From positions 56,606,001-56,670,000 of the forward strand of contig NC_043013.1 in assembly GCF_006345805.1 (NCBI RefSeq): a stretch of 64,000 bases of DNA, written 5' to 3'. The translations under genes and the position numbers were made by a program. This DNA is from Octopus sinensis (lineage: Eukaryota). Shown one piece after another: positions 54,826 through 64,000 of the stretch (position 1 is the stretch's first letter; each line of letters opens with the position of its first letter). The notes under the pieces are model-generated. The model saw only the letters and a list, made by a program, of their open reading frames with translations. It was not told the origin of the DNA and made no database searches.

Positions 54826-54869
54826 GACCACTGATGCAGTCACAGGAGTGTGACGAAAGAACTCTGGCC
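54826..54869 (+). ncRNA. Hammerhead-like motif in the Penelope pLTR
   Basis: Same motif as 20208-20251, on the coding strand downstream of the ORF, where PLE hammerheads are expected. Confidence 0.7.
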
Positions 54870-55596
54870 GAAATAAGATTAAGATTGATGTAAAAAATAA
54901 ATAACACTGAAGCAAAATAACACCAAATATATATAGTGCGTGTGTTTTTATTGGCTAAACTGGCAAAATGACCATTCCGAAATATAACAATATATATATA
55001 TATATAGTAGAAATATGTTACGAAAAGAAAATATAAAATACACGTGGAAATGTAAGGGTAAAATATGAAAGGTCAACGAAAATGCATATTGCAAATAGAA
55101 AAAGGCTATTTATGACAGGTAGTGACAAATATATACATTTAGATTGACTGAGGTAGTAATACGAGTCATATAGGCCATTATTATGAGATGATTATAAGAT
55201 GATAATAAAGTAAGAGAATGTGTGTGTGTGTGTGTGTGTATGTGTGTGTGTGCATGAATGTATATAGATATATACATATGTGTGTGTGTGTGTGTGTGTA
55301 TGTGTGTGTGCATGAATGTATATAGATATATACATATGTGTGTGTGTGTGTGTGCATTTATATATATGTATGTATACACATTTATATATGCTGGTAGCTC
55401 TTAAAATGCACCTGTGCTGGTGCCACATAAAAACAACCTGTACACTCAGTAAACTGGTTGGTATAAAGAAGGGCACTGGTGCTTGGTGCAGCCCTCTGAC
55501 GTGCCAGCTTCTGTCAAATGGTCCAACTCATGCCAGCATGGAAAACGGACGTTAAATGGTGAGGATGATGATAGATAGATAGATAGATAGATAGAT

Positions 55597-55738
55597 CTAA
55601 GTAGCTTGCTTATGAACCACATGGTTTTGAGTTCAGTTCCACTGTGTGGCACCTTGGGCAAGTGTCTTCAACTATAGCTTCGGGCCGACCAAAGCCTTGT
55701 GAGTGGATTTGGTAGACGCAAACTGAAAGAAGCCCGTC

Positions 55739-55773
<35 letters not shown>

Positions 55774-56600
55774 AAGATGCTTTAAATACTTAATTCAAAA
55801 CTTTTAAACTGTCATATACGTTATATATTTATACTTATACATATTTACATATATTTTTATACATATTTATATTTATTTATATATTTTTAATACAACAATT
55901 TTTTTTCACACGTGTATATCTTTATGAGGAGTTTTCTGATACTGATTTCCTAATATTTATGATAATAATATATTATTAAAAAAAAAATATATATATATAT
56001 AATAGCTCATATTAAATATATAAATACTTTAATAGTATTAATACTTTGATACAATAGAGCACTCAATATAAATTCAGTATATAATATTCTCTTTGAATAT
56101 ATTTAACTAAAGATTTATATATACATACATATATGGAAAGAGTCCAGAAGCTGGCTACCCGCATGGTTCTTGGTCTCAAGCATTTGTCTTATGAAGAAAG
56201 GCTGAAGACGCTCGACCTTTATTCCCTCAAAAAACGCCGCCGCCGTGGTGACCTCATTCTCGCTCACAACATCATAAGCGGAAAGTGTAACCTCTCGAAA
56301 GAGCTGTTCTTCACTCCTGCTCCAGAACATCGGCTGCGTGCTCACTCCGAAAAGCTCTATCTGCGACGATTTCATCTCAATCGAAGGAGAGGGGCTTTCT
56401 CCGTCTGGGCTGCAGATCCGTGGAATAAGCTGCCGGATGAGATAGTGAAGATGCCGATGACCACTCGGTTCAAAGTCTCTCTTGACCAGTAATGGCCTGA
56501 ACTCTTTGCATGAACATCCTCCCTGTACATAACTCCATATCCCCCTACATGGCCTTGCTTTTTGCTTTTTGAGCCAAAAAATTAACTTAACTTAACATAT

Positions 56601-56646
<46 letters not shown>

Positions 56647-56860
56647 CTGCATGTGTGCATGTGCTTGTCCCCCAACATCGCTTGATAACTGATGCTGGTG
56701 TGTTTACGTCCCCGTAACTTAGTGGTTCAGCAAAAGAGACTGATAGAATAAGTACTAGGCTAACGAAGAATAAGACCTGGGGTCGATTTGTTTGACTAAA
56801 GACGGTGCTCCAGCATGGTTGCAGTCAAAATGACTGAAACAAGTTAAAGAATAAAAGAAT
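55597..56860 (+). mobile_element. S1 SINE split by nested insertions in its internal (TA)n
   Basis: 5' half 55597-55740, 3' half about 56640-56860; an AT-rich insert and a CR1 fragment lie between. Confidence 0.8.
56133..56596 (+). mobile_element. CR1-type LINE 3' end (ORF2 C-terminus, UTR, (AACTT)n tail)
   Basis: ERVQKLATRMV.GLKHLSYEERLKTLDLYSLKKRRRRGDLI...FS...WNKLP...FKVSLD, the characteristic CR1 ORF2 end. Confidence 0.93.
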
Positions 56861-58564
56861 ATGTTTCATGATCTACCAATAACTCATGCACTGGTAGAGT
56901 AATAAACATAATTTCCCTGGACAAGGGCATCAGTTTTGTTGTCCCCCTTTCCATTATAATTTCAAATAATGATGAGGACAACTTAGTATTTCCTTTCAGT
57001 TGATGAGTGAGGCTCAACAAATTAAGTGGCACTCAGATATTCCATTCTTTGCCAGACACACCTCTTCCAAAGAAGTTTTTATGCTGAGCCAAAGTTAACA
57101 GAATCTATTTTAGGCTCCAAGACTCTGTCAAAAGATAATCCAAACTGTCTTGGAATATGTCTTGCAACATTTTATTCCAAACAACAGAATGGTATTAATT
57201 GAAAGATAAATGATAGCTTGTTCTTGTAAAGATGGTAAATGCCAAAAATATATTAGTTGTAACTTGATTTGTGGAAACAATTTTCAAGAATTTTCTTCTC
57301 TTTGTAGAACTGTAATTCTTTCAGGTATTGGCTGCACTGATTCATATGGTATGGTGATTGTCTATTATCAGACTCTTTAGTGAGAAGCCCAGTTATTTAG
57401 CAAATACCAACTGTCAGGGGAGAGACCGTTAAGTGAATTAGTAGCTGTAATCTCAAATGGAACGAAAATCTAAATTAAGCTTATTATCATCAGGGTATGG
57501 AAGAGAGAAAGATAGAAACAACAATAAGAAGAAGAAGAAGAAGGAAGATGGCATTCTGTCAGTTACAACAATGAGTGTTCCAGATGATCTGATCAGTGGA
57601 ACAGCCTGCTGGTGAAATTAATATGAAAGTGGCTGAGCGCTCCACATACATACATACTCTTAATGTAGTTCTCAGGGAGATTTAGCATGACACAGAATGT
57701 GACAAAGCTGGCCCCCTATGAATTACATGTACAACTCAATTTTGACAGCTGAGTGGATTGGGGCAACGTGAAATAAGGGTCTTGCTGAAGGATACAATGC
57801 AATACATGAAATTCAAGTGATGACCTTCCAATTGTGAGTGAAATAGCCTCACTCTTAAATCTCCTGCTTTCATTAGAAACAAGGAAGTTAAAAAAAAAAA
57901 ACCATGGGAAAAACAATCCCTTAACAATATGAATTCATCTAACCCATGCTGACATTGAAAAAAAACGGATGAAGAAATTAAAGAAATTAATAAATGAGCA
58001 TGTGAAGAAAGATGTACCATTAGGCTTTTATGTGTTGTATTCTAGAATTTTCACAGCAGACTGAGTATTATTTTATGGCTAATATTGCTATATGCCCAGA
58101 TTAGGGGGTTATAGGTTGTTTTAGTGGGTGATGGATAATATGTGAGTATAATCAAGGTAATAATTGGTAAATAAATAGAGGCTGAGTAGTAAATTACAGT
58201 GAAGACGAGTATCATATGAATGAGGAGATAAAATATATACTTAGGTTAATAAAGCTGAAGGAAACATCTATGAAAATAATACATCAGCATATATTAACAC
58301 CAGTCAAAGAGCATTTATCTTTTAATTCAGTGCAGATACATATATATACATATACATATGCATCTAGATATAAATATATGAATAAACTCACACATGCACA
58401 CGCCTGTATCATACACAAACAATAGATACAAATAAGAATGTACGTATGCACACATACATGGAGATGCATGAATGTGCACCAATTCACGTAAATAAATACA
58501 TATAAAAAACCAAACATATATATGCATATATATATACATACATATACACACACATATGTATATA

Positions 58565-58908
58565 CAAGGATGAGTCAAAAAGTAATGCCATTTTGTTTAG
58601 GACAGGTATAATTACCAACACAAGAACATGTATCATACATCAAAATGAAGCTGGTCCTCTGTGGATCACATCCTTACTTCTCAACATAGTCACCGTTTCT
58701 CTCAATAGCAATGTTCCACCTTTGAGAGCATGTATGCTTGCCATGTAAAATTCTGTTGACTGTTGTTTGAGCCACTTCTTCACTACAGTTTTCACTTCAT
58801 CACTGGAATAATGTTTGCCTCTCAAACTCTCTTTCGTGGTGCCAAAGAGATGATAGTCCAAAGGCACTGAATCTGGTGAGTGTGGCATTACTTTTTGACT
58901 CACCCTCG
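58565..58908 (-). mobile_element. Internally deleted mariner (344 bp) retaining the transposase C-terminus
   Basis: TIRs caaggatgagtcaaaaagtaatgcca / tggcattactttttgactcaccctcg; SPDSVPLDYHLFG..KESLRGKHY motif. Confidence 0.85.
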
Positions 58909-59524
58909 GATATATATTCATATATACATATGTACACACAACCAAGCACTTATACATAGTACACATTTTTGTCCATATAAAGCATGTATACCTTTATATA
59001 CATATCCATATATACATGGGTGCATGTGTGTGTATGCATATGCAGATAAGTGAACAAGTATGCATACATGAATAATACATACACACTAAAAAAATGTACA
59101 CTCACTCTTACAAAATATTGGTACAGATCATGTAAAGTCAAAAAACAATTTGATTGGTTAAATATTTTTAAAAAATAGAATCCTGTATAATCTAATTAAA
59201 TCAATCTAACGGAAAAACTAAGATGTTTTGCTTCTAAAAGAGAAGATGCTTATATCAATATAAATAAAAATAAAATTACTTAAGGGTTAAGGGCACCTGC
59301 ATCTTCAAAAAAATAATGAATTTTTATTAAATGCTACGTCTCCATTTTCTTACTTTCTTTTGAATGATTATAAACCATGATTAATGTATAAACCTATTGT
59401 TTTATAAATGTTATTAGTCACAACAAATATTAGGTATTGAACTAGTAATTCATTAGACGATACCATCCCTTAACGAGGCTAATTTAACCTCTAATTGAAT
59501 TTATATATATCTATATATATATAT

Positions 59525-59910
59525 TCTTTTATTCATTTATTTGTTTCAGTCATTTGACTATGGCCATACTGGAACACTGCCTTTAGTCGAGCAAATCGAC
59601 TCCAGGACTTATTCTTTGTAAGCCTAATACTTATTGTATCAGTCTCTTCAGCCGAACTGCTAAGTTACGGCGACGTGAACACACCAACATCGGTCGTCAA
59701 GTGATGGTGGTGGGAAAAGACACAAACATACACACACACAGGTATATATGCGATGGGCTTCTTTCAGTTTCTGGCTACCAAATCCACTCACAAGGCTTTG
59801 GTGTGCCAGAGGTGATAGAAGACACTTGCCCAAGGTGCCCCACAGTGGGACTAAACCCAGAACCATGTGGTTGGTAAGCATGCTACTTACCACACAGCCA
59901 TTTCTGCACC
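59525..59910 (-). mobile_element. Complete S1 tRNA-derived SINE
   Basis: Head ggtgcagaaatggctgtgtggtaag, B-box-like ggtttagtccc, CORE-like ccttgggcaagt, internal (TA)/(TG), A-rich tail. Confidence 0.85.
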
Positions 59911-60345
59911 TATGAATATATATTTGTGTATAATCAATGAAGGCGTATGGCTTTGTGCTTAGGGTATTTGGTTTGGGATTGTAAGGTTGTAAATTTCCAG
60001 TGGCAAATTTTGTCCTTGAGCAGGACACTTTATTCCCCATTGCTCCAGTCCACTCAGTCAGCTGGCAAAAAGGGCTTGTACCTGTAATTCAAGAGGAGCT
60101 GGACTTGTCATGCTGAATCTCCCTGAGACCTACGTTAAGGGTACGCATGTCCATCTGTGGAACTTTCAGCCAGTTGCATGTTAATTTCTCAACCCAGATC
60201 AATTGTAAGCTTCATTATCATAACTGACAGACAGCCCCTGTCTATAATCACTTCTTTAAAAGAAAAGAAAAACTATATTCCCTTGACAAATTTTTTTTTT
60301 TTTGTTTCAGTACCTTACATTAACTTTTATAGTTCTATATATATG

Positions 60346-60374
<29 letters not shown>

Positions 60375-60376
<2 letters not shown>

Positions 60377-60870
60377 TATATAAAAGGGCTTAGTAAAATA
60401 AATTACTTTGCCACATACTGAACTCATTAGAAATAGCAGCCAAAAAAGTTTTTTTAGCTATTTCTAATACTTAAATTTCTTAATTTGGATTTGGATTTTA
60501 AGTGTTTCCAAATCCAAATTAAGAAATTTTGGGCTGACGAAAGAAATGTCGAATTTTATTTGGCTGATCTAGAAACGTAACGTTCTCAAATAATCTTTGC
60601 ACTTGTGAGTTTTTAATGTTTTTTACCCCCATACCTTCGTGGGTTATTCTGAGTAAACACTATCTGAGAGAAATTTTCTTTAAGTATTAGAAATAGCTAA
60701 AAAAACTTTTTTGGCTGCTATTTCTAATGAGTTCAGTATGTGGCAAAGTAATTTATTTTACTAAGCCCTTTTATATAATGTAATATTTTGAATTCGCCTT
60801 AAATGGTCCTTTTACATACTGAATACTTGGTGAAATTGATTAATAACTAATTAATTTTACCCTCAATTGT
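60375..60870 (+). mobile_element. Foldback element with perfect 100-bp arms, inner 23-bp hairpin and hammerhead-like motif
   Basis: Arms 60375-60474 and 60680-60779; inner hairpin 60473-60495 / 60507-60529; tttggg CTGACGA...GAAAcg-taa-cgtt ctcaaa at 60528-60590. Confidence 0.75.
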
Positions 60871-60899
60871 TGATATATATATATATATATATATATATA

Positions 60900-61040
60900 T
60901 TCCTTGTTTCTTTCTGTGTTCCTTTCTGTGGAAGAGCGCAGTCTCGAAACATTAAAGGCTTTTCAATTCCCGAGCATTTGTTCTCAACACCACCTGTCTT
61001 CGTCTTTTGTTTTTTTTTTGAATTCTCCTTATATATATAC
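60900..61040 (+). mobile_element. Short Penelope-type tail with degenerate hammerhead motif
   Basis: ccttt ctgtggaa gag-cgcagt-ctc GAAAc att aaagg at 60921-60958; a similar, more decayed piece lies at about 15240-15375. Confidence 0.45.
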
Positions 61041-61064
61041 GTATATGTATACTTAGGTGCGGGA

Positions 61065-61250
61065 GTGGCTATATAGGCGCAGAAATGGCTGTGTGGTCAG
61101 AAGCTTGCCTCCCAACTCCATGGTTCTGGGTTCAGTCCCACTTCGTGGCACCTTGGGCAATTGTCTTCTACTATAGCCTGGGGCCAACCAAAACCTTGTG
61201 AGTGGGTTTGGTAGATGAAAACTGAAAGAAGCCTGTCATATATATATAGA

Positions 61251-61282
<32 letters not shown>

Positions 61283-61475
61283 TCTCCACTTCACCACTTA
61301 ACAGCTGGTGTTGGTGTACTTATGTCCCTGTAACATAGCAGTTCGGCGAAAGAGACCAATAGAATAAGTACCAAGCTTAAAAAAAAATAATGACTAAGAT
61401 CAATTCCTTCAACAAAAATTCTTCAAGGTGATGCCCCAGCATGGCCGTTGTCTCATTACTGAACAGGTAAAAGGG
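61065..61475 (+). mobile_element. Complete S1 tRNA-derived SINE
   Basis: ggcgcagaaatggctgtgtggt...gggttcagtccc...ccttgggcaa...(TG)n...ccagcatggcc. Confidence 0.85.
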
Positions 61476-64000
61476 AAACTAATTCGATTTATTGGTTGAT
61501 CTTTCAATGAATCTGCCAGTGGGAGGGTCATCTTGTCTGTAAGAAACACATCTGCTGATTCTATTACATACTTTATTATTTTCATGAGTCAGATACACAC
61601 ACACACACACACACATGCATACATATATGTCTAAACTATACTTACACAAATTTGATTTGACCTCCAACATAGTGCTTCCTGCCAATTTTCACCCTAATAT
61701 TTTGCACTAAATTTCTTGCAATATGCATAAATAAATACAGTGCATGTATATATGTGTGTGTGCATATATATATATATATATATATACATATATATACATA
61801 TATATATATATGTGTGTGTGTATGGGTGTATATATACACACGCATATATATACATGCATGCATACAAATAGATAGATATATGTCTATTTTTTAATGTCCA
61901 ATAATAACTTGGTAAAGTTTGAAATTCGTAATTCTTTAATATGATTTTGATTTTCTCAAGTTGGAATCGACTGAAGATGGTTTCCTTTTGTTGTGAACAG
62001 AGAAGAGGCAACAATAGATTTAAACAGACCATATTTTCTCTTGACAAAGCCACTTAGTCAATTAGAGGCCATTTGATGGCACCGATACCCTGGAATCTAA
62101 TTGATTCCCTTATAAATAAAGCTAAGAATTTCATATAATAGGTTTATCAATCATTGTTAGACAAATTAATGAGTTGGAGTCATCCACCAACGATATGTCT
62201 GCGTCTGTTTGGCTTGGTATTTTGATATATTAACGTACATGTGTGCAATCATATATTTTAAAAAGGTGTCTCTATGTGTGTGTCTGTGTGTGTATGAGTG
62301 TACATGTGTGTGCATTTGTATGTGTGTGTATGCTGTAGAGAAGGTTGAAGAGAATAACAGAATTAAAGACAGATTAATTGATTATTTGGTCAATAAACTC
62401 CTTTTTAAACACATCTAGATATATATGTATGTTTACACTCATACACATACATGCACAATGTATGTATAGATGTGTGCAGTGGGGTGTTATGTCTGTATAT
62501 GAACGTATATATTACTATAAACACACACAAATGTATATTTATCAGTGTGTGTGTGTGTAACCTTTTATTGATGTATATAATTATATGCTTCTTTCATTGT
62601 TACTTAAAACGCCTTGCACTGAAGACAATCAGAAAATATCTTCAACTAGGAAACACGATTCTTCTCATATCACTATTTCTCTGCAATAATGTCTCTAAAA
62701 CGGTAAATTTTCAAAAATTCTTGCACATTTGTATTATGAAATCAGTGAACTTCATTCCAAGAATTTCTGTCAACCATTTCTGTTAGTTCTTTGAGAAGGC
62801 CAACATTACAAGTTTTGCTTGATAAACATTTAATAAGAAGGCTAAATTCTTAAATTGTTAGAAGTAGAAATACAGAATTATAAGCACCATCATTTGTAGA
62901 CTTTGTGGGAGATCAAAAATCACCAAAATCAGTTTGGATTCTCAACCTTTTATGTTTGAGAAAATAAAACACCAGCCAAGAGCAGTAGATTGTCCAAATT
63001 GCATGGAAAGAGTCTTGTCTTCGTGTCTGTATGGGGTCTTGGCATTCTGAGTTCTTTTGTGATAGACTTAATTCTAGACATACCACCCTTAGCCGTTGGA
63101 TAAATTTAAAGGAGTTCATTCTATTGCAATCAGTCTATGGGGTGGGTACCCTGTTTCCCATCTTTTTTTTTTGCCTCCCACCAGTCTTGGAAGATCTGAG
63201 AAATAAAAGATCATAGATGACCAAACCCTACTTAGTAGTTACATAGACATGCACCCCAAGATTTTCCAGTCATCTTCTACTAAGACCATGCATTAAAACA
63301 TGAGTACAGCCTTTCTCCTCTGGCCATACATATTCATAAATATTTATGTAACAAATGATAGAAAAGGGAATTCATGAGAAAATTTATTGCTCACAACGAT
63401 CGTATATATGTATATATATATATGTGTATATATACAGAGTATGAGAGGGATAAGTGATCCTGACAGATACCAGATTATCTCTCAAATGGGTTAAATAAGA
63501 AGGCTAAATTCTTAAATTGTGTGGAGGACATGTACCAAATTTTCACTTCTAAATTTTCTCTTATGAACACAAGACATGAACAGGCTCTAAAATGTTTTGA
63601 AATGGCAATCTAGGTGTGTTTTGGCTGATACTAAGGTAGGTACTACCCCATATCTGACCATTGGTTACCCTCCTCTGACATTCATACAAAATTACCACCT
63701 CTCCTCCCCACCTTAGTTCACTGCCTGTATTCTCTCTTGTACTTCTTGTACTTTTGAGATGCTCTGGCATCCCTTCACCATCTTTAGTTTCTTTCCAGCT
63801 ATTCCCACCACTAGTAGAACAAGAAAATCACCCAGTACTCTTTGTAAAGTTTAATGACTTGTATGTACATGGTATTTCCATTTGAGTGTAGCTGTTGCCA
63901 GTACTGCCTGACTGGCCCTCATGTTGGTGGCACGTAAAAGCACCCACTACACTCTCGGAGTGGTTGGTGTTAGGAAGGGCATCCAGTTGTAGAAACTCTG

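Larger units (their letters stand above)
52597..54993 (+). mobile_element. Penelope-like retroelement, 5'-truncated, with inverted partial pLTR upstream and direct pLTR downstream
   Basis: RT and GIY-YIG remnants; about 52645-52797 is the reverse complement of 54839-54993; flanked by (TA)n. Confidence 0.93.

Overview
AT-rich, microsatellite-dense eukaryotic DNA, intronic or intergenic. The repeat repertoire resembles that of a cephalopod such as Octopus (inference). No host protein-coding gene could be supported; almost all listed ORFs are read-throughs of (TA)n/(CA)n/(CAT)n microsatellites. The window is a mosaic of decayed mobile elements: Tc1/mariner transposons and MITEs (one full-length frameshifted mariner at 1805-3097), RTE-clade LINE pieces whose RT region carries an embedded C4HC3 PHD finger, CR1-type LINE 3' ends, a non-autonomous Helitron, several tRNA-derived SINE families, and a 5'-truncated Penelope-like element (RT + GIY-YIG) with an inverted pseudo-LTR at 52.6-55.0 kb. 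The most notable pattern is a set of at least four unrelated short foldback elements in (TA)n tracts, each with a minimal type-I hammerhead-ribozyme-like motif, plus a tRNA-headed SINE that also carries a hammerhead motif. There are also several local tandem and inverted duplications with breakpoints in microsatellites or at microhomologies. All coordinates were read by eye and may be off by a few bases.
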